From contig NW_024704742.1 of assembly GCF_018977255.1 (NCBI RefSeq), forward strand, positions 20,214,001 to 20,278,000: a stretch of 64,000 nucleotides of DNA. The letters are read 5' to 3'. Below, piece after piece: positions 26,140 through 39,128 of the stretch. Source of the stretch: Callorhinchus milii. Its lineage: Eukaryota. How positions within the stretch are numbered: the stretch's first letter is position 1; each line of letters starts with the position of its first letter. A model generated the notes under the pieces. It had not been told where the DNA came from. It saw nothing but the letters and a program-made list of their open reading frames with translations, and searched no databases. Both the position numbers and the translations under genes were made by a program.

Positions 26140-28400
26140 GAAAGATACCTTTCTTACAATTCTGGCATGCCTTCTGGTAATGAGTCTGTCTTTCCTCTGT
26201 GCCATTTACCTTCATGGCCTTAAATGCCTTTTTTTCCTCTTTGTGAGTTGCTTTGTGGCCCCGTCCAACCAGACAGGAGTGCCTTTAAACTTGGTAAATT
26301 TGTTTTGCATGGGTACACATTGGTCCATTGTATTCCGAATCACCTCCTTGAATAAGCTCCATAGTTTCTCTGCTCCCTTAACCATGTTTAAACCTGCCAG
26401 ACCCACTCTAACAATACTTCTCCAATGCATAAAATTGGTCTTCTTATAATTTGACAATTTTGTTTTTGTTTTTATAACCTCACCAATCCTTGCAATACCA
26501 AATGTGATAACATTATGATCACTGTTGCTTAAACCATAACACACCTTTGTGTTGGTGATTTGATCATCCCTATTCTTCATAACTAAGTCCAAGATGTTAT
26601 TTCCCCTTGTTGACTTCTTTACAAATGGAGTCATCAAACAGTCTACCTTTAACTCTAGAAATTCCTTCCCTATCTTACCTCTCCGACCTACTATCCCCCT
26701 ATCTACCTGCCCGTACCCTCCGTTCCTCTGGCTCCGGTCTGCTCCACATCCCCGCCCCAACCGCCCTACTATCGGTGGCCGGGCCTTCAGCCTCTCAGCC
26801 CCTAGGCTCTGGAACTCCATCCCCCAGTGCCTTTGCCTTGCTTCCTCCCATTCCTTCTTCAAGGCCGGTCTCAAGACCTTTCTCTTTGACCGTGCCTTCA
26901 GCTCCCCTCTCGACTTTCTACCCCCTCCTCGCTCCCTCCCTTCCCTCCACTCACCCTGACCATTTCCCCTCTGCTCGGGTCCTGATCCAACTGTCCAGCA
27001 CCTTGGGACGTCCTCCCGACGTGAAAGGCGCTCTATAAATGGAATCTTGTTGTTGTTGTTGTTACCAGTCGACATATTTTTATACCAATCATTTTCTGGT
27101 AAGTTAAAATCTTCAATTACTATGGTTGATCCCCTGCTAGTTGCCTTCTTTACCTCATCCCAGAGTTCCAGATCAAGACTCTCACCCCAGCCTGGGGGTC
27201 TCTAACAAACCCCAAATAGTAATTTACCTCTGTTCCCATCTATTGATTCTACCCAAAGTGATTCTGTGGCTGCCCTTTCCTTTTTATATCCTCTCTCACT
27301 TTGCCAATGCAATCCCTCCTAAACAATATGAATCCTTCCAGATTTGTATCCCATTGATTGGAATCATTCCACCATGTTTCTGTGATGCTAATGATGTTCA
27401 ATCTGTGGCCCCTTGTGAGACCTTCCAGGTTGTAGATCTTGTTGGCCAGACTTTTTACATTAATGCAAGCACAGCTCCATTGTTTGTTGCCTTTCCCCTT
27501 TACTTCATAGCATTATTAGCTTCCTTATCTCCCACCAATGGAGTTAGACCTATTATACTTAGGTTTATGCTTCCATTGGTATACTTTAAGGTATTGCCTA
27601 ATCGGTTTGGGTGCTCTCTTACAGCTATCAAAACCACCTCTGTATCTAATTTAAACACACCCTTAGCATATTACCTATCCTGCCTGCCAACATCTCCAAC
27701 CCCCTTTTGTTCAGTGGAACCCATCTGGTCTATATAGGTGCCCCCTATTACAAAAGGTGCCCCACTGTCTGAGGAACTAAAACCTGATTCCCTACACTGA
27801 TGCCTTAACCACACATTGTCCTTATTACCCTCTGTCTCTCCTAACTAGCACATGGTATGGGACATAATTCTGAAAAAAATACACTTGAGGTCTTTCCCTT
27901 AAGCTTCCTTCCTTAACCGAGGAGTTGAATCCCCAACTACAAATTTGTCTCTTTTTTTTTTTCTTTTTCCCTCCTTGGGATGTCCTCCTGACATAAAAGG
28001 CGCTGTACAAATGTAATTTATTATTCTTCTTCTCTGACAGGCTCTGGATGGTGTCGGGGGACGGCACATTCTTGCCTATCTCAGCCAGCCCTTGGGTTTC
28101 CATATTGTCTCTCTGCAGAGGAGACAAACTGTTTGAGAGTGCCAGGCATGCCTGCTCCTGCCTCATTAACTGACTACAATTTCCAGAGCCTTTTCTAATA
28201 GAGACCCACCCACTCATCTAGGTACCAGGGACTCTTCTTCTACTCTGCCCTCCAGCATGGTCTCCTCTAATACCTAATTTATAAAAAAATCATCCTGCCC
28301 AGCACTTTAATGCATGGCCAGTCATTCCCTAAGACTGACCACTTCAGCCTTGAGTGCATTGATCAGCTTGCAGTTGTGCAAAAGAATCCCTCTGTAACAT
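26140..28400 (-). mobile_element. CR1 5' portion: decayed ORF1 (esterase-like) and ORF2 APE endonuclease/linker
   Basis: Minus strand gives TRGNNILDLVM..LSNSDHNVITF (APE C-terminal motifs), HLYRPDGFH(L)NKRGLEMLAGRI..RVCLN* (ORF1 esterase C-terminus, ~27645-27740) and LALSNSLSPL (ORF1 N-terminal motif). Confidence 0.82.
26675..27063 (+). mobile_element. Young L2 3' fragment nested in the CR1 endonuclease region
   Basis: Highly similar to 33450-33830; TTACC appears at both junctions; the CR1 reading (..MSTG|..EFLE..) resumes across it. Confidence 0.92.
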
Positions 28401-28419
28401 GAGTTAATCACACTATTAC

Positions 28420-29010
28420 GTGATGTTGCCGGGATGGAAGAATGCGAACTTGATCAGAGCCCGGGTATGAGGAGAGTTGAAAGTCAAACAAAGCACCAAA
28501 GTTTCACGCAGGCTCCGTGAGTTGGAGTTATCACATTCTGAGATGAGGAGGTGCTGACGGGAGGTGAGCAGAATAGTCTCTGTTTGCAAATGTTGAGTTG
28601 GAGAAAGGTTTGGCTCATTTGGGAATTGATGTCTGACAGACAGTTTGTCAGAACAGAACTGCAGTGGTCCTGGAATCAAGGATGAAGGCAGAAAAGCAGA
28701 GTTGCATGTCATCCACGTACTTTTGGAAATGGACTCTATGTCCAGCTGATGTCTTTAAAGATCAGCATGTTTATCATGAAAAAGAGGATAGAGCCCTGAA
28801 GAACATGGTATAAGACTTTGCAGGAGTGAGAGGAGAAGCCATTATTTGAGATGTTGGTACAGGTAGTATGGAAACCAGGAAGGTGCAGAACCTATATAAA
28901 TAATACACATTCAAGACAATAAGAAATAAGTATTTTGTATGCAAGTAACCTACCTGTGGGTATGATTCTAAAGGAAGAATGATGTGGAGAAGGAAGGAAT
29001 GGTTAGTGTC
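28420..29010 (-). mobile_element. Old L2 RT internal fragment
   Basis: Reverse complement contains tacgtggatgacatgcaactc (YxDD.QL) and downstream L2-like motifs. Confidence 0.6.
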
Positions 29011-29669
29011 AAAACAGCAGAGATACAATGGAGTGGATATTGTTAATTTTGGGCACCAGGGAGTGTATAAAGCATTTATATGAAAAATGGGCAATGTGTC
29101 AATCTGCATACCAAAAATCATACTTATTCACCTTAAAATGTAGTCAGAATGAAAACAACAGAAAGCTTTTAATTTTAACAACCAAAATGTTTACTGTTGT
29201 GAGCACTGCCTTCCCATATTTTCTCAGGGCGGGGATAGAGTTTTAGTACATTGTAAAGTGTTTTGCAGCTAGAAATTGTGTAGTGAATTCTTGAAGTAAA
29301 ATCATGTCTTCACTGCAGCTATAAAATAAAACGCATTCAAGACAATAAGAAATAAATAACTTCCACGCAAGTAACCTAGCTGTTACTGTGATTCTCTGAA
29401 TAAGCATTACTTGTAGTAAATACAGATACTTATCAGCTGAGCATAGCCTCAAGCCAGTTATCAGTGGCACAAGGAAACCAGTTTGATTGGGAGCTCAAGA
29501 GGCAAGGGATGCGAAAAAGAGCCAATTTTATGGGAAAACAAATAAGAAACATGACAAAATAAATATTTAATACAAAGAGAAATGGTCCATGCTCTCACTA
29601 TATTTCTGTTCCTTGATTCTGAGGCATATTTCCCTTTTAATTGGAGGCTTGTTAACTCAATCTGGCAGA

Positions 29670-30135
29670 TGTGTCAGGGGAGACTTTATAGAGATACATA
29701 AAAATTTAAACGGGATTGAAAAAATAAACCTAGAACAATACATTAGGATGCACCAAACAGCAGAGCAAAAAGTTATAGGTTTAGAGTTGCAAAGGGTCAT
29801 TTCAGGACAGACACCAGGAAGTATTTCCTTACACCCAAAGAGTGAAAAATGAAAGTTGTTGGAATTAATGACTGGAACAAGTTACCAGGAAGGGTGGCTG
29901 AGGCCAGGATATCGGACACATTTAAAAAGCAGCTTGATGTGCTGATGAGAATAATAATCCTTGCATTTGTTTTAGCGCTTTTCATGTCTTCTAGACGTCT
30001 CAAAGCACTTCACAGAATACACTATAAAGTGAATTGACTGTATATTTGTGGATGAAAAGTGGCAGCCAATTGATAGGATGGGTATTGTGGAAGGAAGAGA
30101 TCAAATAGTCCAAAGGGCTTTCATCCAAAGCAATT
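29670..30135 (+). mobile_element. CR1 3' fragment interrupted by a SINE tail (29950-30072, minus)
   Basis: RGDFIEIHKNLNG...WNKLPGRVAEA..FKKQLD, followed by a CR1-like 3' UTR. Confidence 0.8.
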
Positions 30136-31179
30136 TTGTGATCTTGTGCAATCTTGTGAAAGGTGCAAACATTAATAGGGGCAAATAGTGTGAAGAGGAA
30201 CTAAAAATGGTTAGCAAAAATCACTGAAAAGTCATGAAATGGTGACTATAAAGCAAGAAATGTGATGGTTGCACTTGGTGTAGTGCATTAAATAGAAGAG
30301 CAGTGACTGATATTGGGACCCAGCCTACAGGAATAACTAGCAATAATATTAGTTCTTTATATGTGGAAGCAAGTGATAAAAGATATTGACTAACACAGCT
30401 ATAATTTTTATTCATGTGAGACGCTGGGTCTTTCTCATCCAAAAGCATCCAAAGAGAGTTTTAATTGTAAGGAGCAAATACTTAGATCCAAAGAAAAATA
30501 AATTGCTGGCAGAAAAGCAAAATACATCAAGAATTCTTTAGTTACTCAAATGTACAGTCCCAAGAGTTCTGATGTTGCCGCTGAACTACTTAACAGAAAT
30601 AATTTGACTATAAGCCACCCATCACTTTCTCGTGTTTGGGTAAGGGCTAGCAATGAGTTAAAAAGAATACTGTAAATCTGAGAATGCAACTAGAAAATGC
30701 TGGAAAGGCAAAGCAAGTCAGCAATGAATTATTGTTTCATCAATTGCTTGCATGAATTCAACTTTTAAGAAGTATGTGTGATTAATGGTACAATTATTCT
30801 TTCCCAGGACAATGATATTTGGGAGAGATTTGACCGCATGTTGTACAGTGGATATAATTAACAGTTAGAAAGCTTTGTTTTCGAGGTGGTGAGTTCGCCT
30901 TTCTCCTTGCCCACTTATTTCAGATCTTTTTGTATAAGGGAGGATATTTCCTTTGAAGCCTGACCTTTTGGGGCTTTTCAACACTGCTTATTAGTTACAT
31001 GCTACTTTGCAGATTCTGTTTGCTTTATTTGAACAAGCTTTGCCACAAAATATTCTAAAGTGGTGAATACGAGATCTGTAAATTACAGAGCTATTGTACG
31101 TCTGCTGAATAAACTCTTTGACACTGAACAAAATGAAATTAGCCAGTTTCAACAAATGCTCTTGCTCATCCTAATGTGT

Positions 31180-31480
31180 GTCATGCTTGGATTCAAAAGT
31201 TGTGCCACGAAACTGCAGGATAACTAATGTAAAGCTTCTGTTTAAAATAGGACAATGGGATCGGCCAAGTAATTATCAACCAGACAGTCTTACATCCATT
31301 GTGGGCAAACTTTTAGGATCTACAATACGGGGTAATATTAATAATCACTTGGAAATCCATGGGTTGCTTCGATATAGTCAGGTTGGATTTGTTAAAGAGC
31401 TAATTTTGCCTGACAAATCTTACTGAGTTATTTTATGAAATAACCCAGAAAATAGTTGAAGGTATAATATATCTTGTATG
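31180..31480 (+). mobile_element. CR1 RT N-terminal fragment
   Basis: ITNVKLLFK..DRPSNYQPDSLTSIVGKLL..SQVGFVK. Confidence 0.8.
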
Positions 31481-31489
31481 AATCATTTT

Positions 31490-31797
31490 ATGCCCCGGCA
31501 CCTCTCAACCTCTCTGATCTGCTTACACCACCTCCTCTACCCGTCCCTTTGTTCAGTTGGCTCCAGTCTCCTCACGTCCCTCAGCTCTCCAGTCCACCAT
31601 CAGTGGCTTTGCTTTCAGCTACTGCTACGCAACACTGGAACTCTCATTTTTAATCTCTCCCCCACCTTGTCTGTCTTCAGATCTCACAGAAAACCTTTCT
31701 CTTAATCCATCTCTTGCCTCGGCATCAAGCTCCGCCATGGCTAAGTGCTCTGATGTGCTCCTTCATGTGACCGATCTATATAAATATAAATGTTGTT
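31490..31797 (+). mobile_element. Older L2 3' fragment abutting the long L2
   Basis: ctctcaacctc...ccaccatcagtggctttgctttcagc...tataaatataaatgttg. Confidence 0.75.
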
Positions 31798-31800
31798 TAT

Positions 31801-33834
31801 ACCGACAAATCTGGCTGGACCTCCTCAAAATCTACCGCTCCACTCTAGCCTCGGCCAATTCGTCCTTCTACTCCAGGATAATCCTGGAGGCGAAGAACAA
31901 CCCCAGGCTTCTGTTTTCTACCACATTCCGACTCATCCGTCCCCCCCGCCACCCCGCGCAGGTCATCTCCTCCAACCTTCACTGCAAGGAGATGCTGGAT
32001 TTCCTTGAATCCAAAATCAAGGGAATCCGCTCCGCGGTCACTCCCCCTCCAACTTCCACCCACCCCCCACCCCTTCCCTCTCACAATCCGACTCCTACCC
32101 ATCCTCCCCTACACACCTTCGAACCCATTTCTCCACCCTCTGTCACCAAACTCATCCTCTCCCTGAAACCTACCACCTGCTCCCTTGACCCCATCCCCAC
32201 TCCACCCCTTATCTCTCAGCTCCGCCTCCTTGCCCCACTTCTCACAGACATCATCAACCTGTCCCTCTCCTCTGGCTCTGTTCCCAATCCCCTAAAAACT
32301 GCCATCATCACTCCCACTTTGAAAAAACCCTCCCTTGATGCGTCGCAGCTATCAAGCTGCCGGCCGATCTCCAACCTCCCCTTCCTGTCCAAGGTCCTTG
32401 AAAGAGTTGTCGCCTCCCAGCTGCGCTCTTTCCTCTCCACCCATGCATTATTCGAACCGCTTCAGTCGGGTTTCCGTGCTGCCCATAGCACAGAAACTGC
32501 CCTGGTCAAGGTCACCAACGACATCTTGACCATCTGCGACCAGGGCTCCCTCTGCCTCCTCGTCCTTCTCGACCTATCGGCAGCATTCGATATGGTCGAC
32601 TACGTTATTCTCCTCCACCGCTTGTCCTCCCACCTCAACCTTCAAGGCCTTGTCCTTGAGTGGTTTAGGTCGTACCTCTCCCACTGTCTTTAGTTTGTTT
32701 CCACAAACGGCTTTTCCTCCACCCCCCGCACTGTCTCGTGTGGTGTCCCTCAGGGCTCTGTCCTCGGTCCCCTCCTCTTCACCCTCTATATGCTCCCCCT
32801 CGGTGACATCATCCGCAGACATGGGGTTAACTTCCACATGTATGCGGATGATACCCAACTCTACCTTTCCTCCTCTACCCTCAACTCCATGACCACCAAT
32901 GTCTTGACAGCTGCCTGTCCGACATCGAGTCCTGGACGAGAGACAACTTTCTTCAGCTCAACGTGCGCAAAACTGAGGCCCTCCTGATTGGCTCACGTCA
33001 GCGCCTCCGCACCTCAGGCGCTGACAGCATCAGCATCCAAGGCTGCACTCTCTACCTCTCAAAGCCAGTCAGGAACCTCGGCGTTCTGTTCGTCCCTGAG
33101 CTGTCCTTTCTTCCTCATATCAGCGGCACAACTGGCACCGCCTTCCATCACTTCCGGAACATCGCCAGACTACGGCACTACCTCACCCCTCACGCTGCTG
33201 AAACTCTGGTCCACGCCTTTATCACCTCAAGGCTGGACTATGGGAACTCTCTCCTCGCCGGCCTTCCCGGCACCTCCCTCCACAAGCTGCAGGTCATTCA
33301 GAACTCTGCAGCTTGTGTACTGTCCCGCACCAGGCTTCGGGACCACATCACTCCCACCCTCGCTCACCTCCACTGGCTCTCCATCCCCCAGAGGATCGAT
33401 TTCAAGATCCTGATCCTCACCTACAAGGCCATTCACGGCCTCGCTCCCTCCTACCTCTCCGACCTACTGTCCCCCTACCTACCCGCCCGTACCCTCCGTT
33501 CCTCTGGCTCCGGTCTGCTCCACATCCCCCGCCCCAACCGCCCTACCATCGGTGGCCGGGCTTTCAGCCTCTCAGCCCCCAGGCTCTGGAACTCCATCCT
33601 CCAGTGCCTTCGCCTTGCTTCCTCCCTTTCCTCCTTCAAGGTCGGTCTCAAGACCTTTCTTTTCAACCTTGCCTTCACCTCCCCTCTCGACTCTCTACCT
33701 CCTCCTCGCTCCCTCCCTTCACCCTGACCATTTCCCCCCTGGTCAGGTCCCGACCCAACTGTCCAGCGCCTTGGGACGTCCTCCCGACGTGAAAGGCGCT
33801 CAATATATGCAATCTTGTTGTTGTTGTTATTATT
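31801..33834 (+). mobile_element. 5'-truncated L2-clade LINE, ORF2 reverse transcriptase plus 3' tail
   Basis: RT motifs [48 protein letters not shown] and YADD (32841-32852). One in-frame TAG (32691-32693) and one frameshift (~32910). Ends in the AGCGCCTTGGGACGTCCTCCCGACGTGAAAGGCGCT stem-loop plus (TTG)n. Confidence 0.95.
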
Positions 33835-35029
33835 GATTGTGGGACATTGCTGTGTGCAAATTAGCTGCTGCTTTCACCAACAAATCCGATCACTACACTT
33901 CACAGTAAATTTCTGTGAAGCTCTTTGAGAGACGTCCTCCCGATATCAAGGGTACTATACAAACTGAAAGGATTATTAATATTATCTACATCAATAATTT
34001 GCATGTATATGGATCCTTACATGTGGAACGTCTCAATGCGCTTTATAAAGTCTTATTGGGAGTCTGAGTTGGGAAGGAGATTGGGAAAGGAAGTTGGCTG
34101 AAGGTGCAGTCAAAGTGATAGGTTATTAGTTGGGTTTTGAAAGCAGAAGTAGTACAAGGAGGAAGAATTTCAGAAGAGAGTTCCTGAGAGCGGAGAAAGC
34201 TGGCTCACTGATGGTGAAATGAAGGAGGCCAGAGTTAGCAGAACGGAGGGGGTAGGCAAAGGAGTAGGTTGTTGCAGTGATAGGGGAAAGCAGACTTGGT
34301 CCGAGCCCAGATGAAAGATTTGAAGGAGTACGAGTCAACATGATCGCACAGAGCAAACGCTTGGTGAAAGCCATGTCCATTTCTTCATATCGAGTGTATA
34401 CAATATCATGAATTATGGCTCAGCATTAGAGCATGAAATTTGTAAACACACAATAGAAAATGTTATCTGCATCCTTATGGTTGGAAAACCTATTATAAAG
34501 ATAGAATCATCGAAATTTACAGTGCAGAAAGAGGCCATTCTGCCCATTGAATCTGTACCAGCACCATTATAAGATGAAAACTTAAAACAATATCCTTTGC
34601 CGCAGTATGATTAGATGTATTTGTACTGATGTGTTTATTGTGCTGATATTTAGGTGGACACCACTGAGTTCATTGATTTGCATGATGCTTGTTGACTTGT
34701 ACAACAGTGTTCACTTAGATTGATTTAGATTATGTGTTCAGATTAACGATGTGAGAGGACAATCCTTCATTGTGGCCTTACATTGCACATCTGCTATGTT
34801 TATTGACTTGCCTTATGAATTTGACTCTGACTGTGTGTTTAGATTGATTACTATGTTGGTGGACTTGTATTGTCCAGATAGATTACCTTGCATTGTATTT
34901 CTTCCTTCATACTGTGCGTTGCATATTGAGCACCAATATTGATCTATTATCAGGAGTGACTGTCCAAGGTTGGTAAATTTAGCCCATTTAAAGCAGATAA
35001 ATTTAGTCCATTTAATGCAGATCCTCAAT

Positions 35030-35709
35030 TATCCTTCCTCCCCCATATCCGGTCCGTGACCAGCACCGCTTTCTTCCACCTCCGCCACATTGCCCGTCTC
35101 CGACAATACCTCACCCCAAAAGCTGCCAAAACCCTTATCCATGCCTTTATCACCTCTCGGCTGAACTACTTTAACGCCCTCCTCGCCAGTCTCCCCTCCT
35201 CCACTATTCACGAAACTCAGCTCATTCAAAACTCCACCACTCGCATTCTCACCCGCACCAAACTGCATACCCCGATTACTCCAGTCCTTGCCAAACTCCA
35301 CTGTCTCCCTGTCACAGAGCCGATCGATTTCAAGATCCTCACTCTTGTGTTTAAATCCCTCCATTCCTTGGCACCCCCCTATCTCTAACCTCCTCTCTCC
35401 CCACTGCAGTACCCGCTGCCTCCGTTCTACTGGGTCCGGCCTCCTCCGCATCTCCCGGATCCTCCGCTTCGCCATCGGCGGCCGTGCCTTCAGCCACTAT
35501 GCCCCGAAACGTTTGAACTCTCTCCCTCAATCCCTTCACCTCATTCCCTCCTTCCCCATCTTCAGGTCATGCCTGAAGACCTTTCTTTTCGACCGCGCCT
35601 ATGGTCACCTTCCCCCTCCCCCTGGCTTGGCCTCGGGCTCCGCCATTGTTAAGCACTCTAAGATGCCGACCGGTGTAGAGGGCACTATATAAGTGCAAGT
35701 TGCTGTTGT
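35030..35709 (+). mobile_element. L2 3' fragment (second lineage)
   Basis: TAFFHLRHIARLRQYLTP..IHAFITSRLNYFNALL..IDFKILTLVFKSLH; tail gatgccgaccggtgtagagggcactatataagtgcaagttg. Confidence 0.92.
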
Positions 35710-36383
35710 AAATATCAGATACTGCAGGTGTGTACAATAGTCCAAATATGGCCTGATCATTGATCTATACAAGTTTTGACTTGTACTCAGATATCATTGC
35801 ACCACATGCTCAAAAGATATACAATTCACTTGCATGGTAAGATGTGCTTACAAAGGAAAAGGACAGGGTAATATTTGGAGAGTGGCTCAGATCCTTCCAA
35901 TTCAAAGTGAGGAAAATAACTTGTCACTTTAAGATAAAAATATTAGAAAGATGAGAGAGGAATGGAAGGTATGGGACTGCTGGAAAACTGTTAAAGCAAC
36001 CTAACATTAATTGTGAATCCACAATTAGGATCTTGTCAAAGTAGGATATGACAAGGACATTATGCCTCAAGGCATGACATGCACCAGCATGTGAGCTCTG
36101 TGATTTTTACATTAGCTTTAAGGGGCTAAAAATGACTGCATTCCCTAGCATAGATTATTATACTTTTGTACTTAGATAAACATGGGAAGTGGTTTGTAAT
36201 GCACTGATGATCAGGTTGAGGGAATCGGTGACCATTGGGGAGGCTCTAACGCACTGCAAAGAAGTAAATGTGGCTGATATATTCAGGGGATATGACAGGG
36301 CCACAATAACTGAAAAACTGATGGAATACGTATTCGGAAGCAAATGGAAGATTTTTATTACCCAAAGAGTAATTTTTTTGGGG

Positions 36384-36525
36384 GGTCAGCCGGGTATCTG
36401 ACACATGTGTATCCTAACCAAACTGAGAATGCCATGCATCCCATCTACACACGGCAATTTTAGAGATAGATTGTTGGAATGGAATGCGCCCTCTCTCCCT
36501 GGAGGGATGTATCCTGCTTACCTAG
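36384..36525. repeat. Unclassified interspersed repeat, copy 3
   Basis: ctgagaatgccatgcatcccatctacac..agattgttggaatggaatgcgccctctctccctggaggga..atcctgcttaccta. Confidence 0.8.
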
Positions 36526-37955
36526 AACACATTGCGTGTTTGAGGCCAGGGCACGATGCTTAGAAGGTCATACAGTGGGGTGGTTATTCTGGAAGGATCA
36601 GATTAGATAGTTCGAAGGGCTTTCATCTGGACTCATTTTAATGATTGCTTAATATACAACGTAAGAAATAGATCTCTCTTGACCAACATCAGGAAGCATA
36701 GTTGAAACGGCTTATTTAAGAATCGCTTGCACACTCTGTATGGAAGATAGGACTGTTTGACAGTATTCTGGAGAATGAGATCAAATGGGCCAAAAGGATC
36801 TTGTCATCAAAACCTTTATGATCTTGTGGATATGTAGCTGACACTACTTTACTCGATCAGACAACGAATATCTATGTTAGTAGCTGATCTTTCAGCTGAT
36901 TCACACATAAAGTGACAGTGGAGCAGTCCTTTAATTGGCCCTGAAAAGTGTCCGCCTTCATTTTCTACCTCTATCCTGATACTGAATATAATATCTGACA
37001 CGTCTGTAGACATGATGGAAAAATATATTTAGCATCTTGACAGTTTCCATGTCGGCCCTTGAAATTAATATTTTGAAAAGAAAAAAATGTGTCTATATTG
37101 GGTGGACATTAATCCGTTTTGTTTTTTCCCGTATCTCACCCTTGCAGGAACATTGAAGGAAAATGTATGAGAATTAAAAGGAGAAGGTAAAATATTAGGC
37201 AGTCTTGGAGTTTCATTACTGCACTGAAAACATTTTTTTGTTGCTGAGAGCTCCGGGAATGCTTCCAATGAAGTAAATTGTAAAGATTTAATTCTTTGAT
37301 ATAATAATTCTATATCTTTGATGGATCCGAATATGCGGCCAAGCTTGAGTTTGGCAAAGGAGTTGTTTCGTTTTGATTTTAGCATACTGATGGAGCATTC
37401 ATGTTTCCTTTCTCTCCAGCAGCAATAGCACAGGTCATTCATTGCAAAAAACAAGGCTCACAACAGGCTTCATTACCTGTGGTCAAAGAATGGGCTTCAT
37501 GGCTGCATTGGTACGTTATGACACATCACAGATTTGAAAAACCTGTAGAATTTTTGTAAAAAAGTTACCATAATAGGGAATATATTAAGTTTTACAGTTG
37601 AAAAAATATTGCACCTGAATTATTTATACATCTATAAATGACAATCTTGTTTAAACTTCTGCGGTGCATATCAGGGATATTTGCACATGAGAAACAAATA
37701 TATAATGGAAAAACAACTCTCTGGTAATCCATAGCACTGGAGCTTGTTCAAAACCCAAATCCTGTTCCTGTTAACCTTTTCTTTGTAAATTCCAAGTTAA
37801 GGGACACATTTTATTTTATTTGTAAAGACAACTGTCTTGTTTTAAAGTATTATTCATTATTGCGTGTAACATATTATGTTGCAATAAAGATTAATAAAAA
37901 AATGGGATCATGTTAGTAACTGTTTATAAAATAAATGATAGGTTACATAGGTCAC

Positions 37956-38193
37956 ATTATAATAATAATCCTTGCATTTGATTTAACGTCTTATCACGTC
38001 TTCGAGCTGTCTCAAAGCACCTCACAGAGTAAATTGTAAAGTGTATATTTTGTAGGCGAAACACGGCAGCCAATTGCGCACAGCACTGTCCCACAAACAG
38101 AAACTTGCCCAACGTTTCGCCCTGCCTGGGAATCGAACCCAGGTCCTGTTGCTTGCCAGGCGAGTACTCTAACCCCGAAGCTTCAGGACTCCA
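37956..38193 (-). mobile_element. tRNA-derived SINE with internal deletion
   Basis: Head at 38101-38193 joined directly to the 3' body at 38100. Confidence 0.9.
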
Positions 38194-39128
38194 ATTGATT
38201 TCTCTGTGAGTAATGCCTCTCAGTCCACGTCACTTATCTCAGCCCTCATACTCCTGAAATTCGCCCATCTAAAGTTGCATGCTGCATATAAGAAATTGAG
38301 TGAGAAATATGCTTCAGGTTGCTGTTACTAGCCATATTGTAGTGAAATATAAAGAGCTGTGAAATTATCAGATGTCAACAGCACTCTCAATATTTTCGAA
38401 TTACAACATAAAACTGTTTTTTGGACGAAAATGAAAACAGTTACCTGTAATGATTGTTAAGTGCTACGATGGAACAGGATGGCCAACGTTTTGGTGGGGG
38501 GAGGCTTCGACCAATAGTATATAATGGTGGATGATGTCTGAGCCATATGATAGCAACATCACATGGAGCACAATTTTTGAGATGAAGATGATAAGTGCAG
38601 GAATTTACATTTTAGGATGATGAGGAGGTTCTTCATGGAGAATCTTCTGGTGGCAGTAATTACCCCAAGGGTTGAGTGTACTCGAATAGAAAACTCTTCC
38701 TGGACTTGACAACAGTGAGGCAGAAAGCTAAGGAGCTATTGTCATGGTTACAATGCTGCAGAGTCAGTCCACAAGCCACTCAGCATTCCCACAGGCAGAT
38801 ATACTGATCTTTGTGCCAATTTTCTAGCAGCATCTACTAGGCACTCACAGGACCGTTACTGAAGCCAGTCAGTTCATCCAAGGAAATAAGTTGTTCCATC
38901 AAGGGTATAAGTGATTGTCTCTATAGAAAAGCATGCACGCGTCCATCAGAGCAGAAATCAGCAACTTCACTCAACAAGTAATTGGGAAATCACACTAATG
39001 TTCAGTAGCCAGAAGAAACCCAAAACTCATGGATATTGAGGACACATCCCTAACTTTTTTGAAAGAAAATAAAAAAATAAAAATGTTTTCTGTCTCATGA
39101 CACTCTAGCACAATCCCATATTCTAGCT

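Noticed and set aside
26212..27075. 287-aa minus-strand ORF
   Set aside because: Accidental read-through of an antisense L2 insert into CR1 endonuclease sequence.
31557..32693. 378-aa ORF as a host gene
   Set aside because: Chimeric: the first ~80 codons run through an older L2 3' end and the rest is truncated L2 ORF2 ending at a premature stop.
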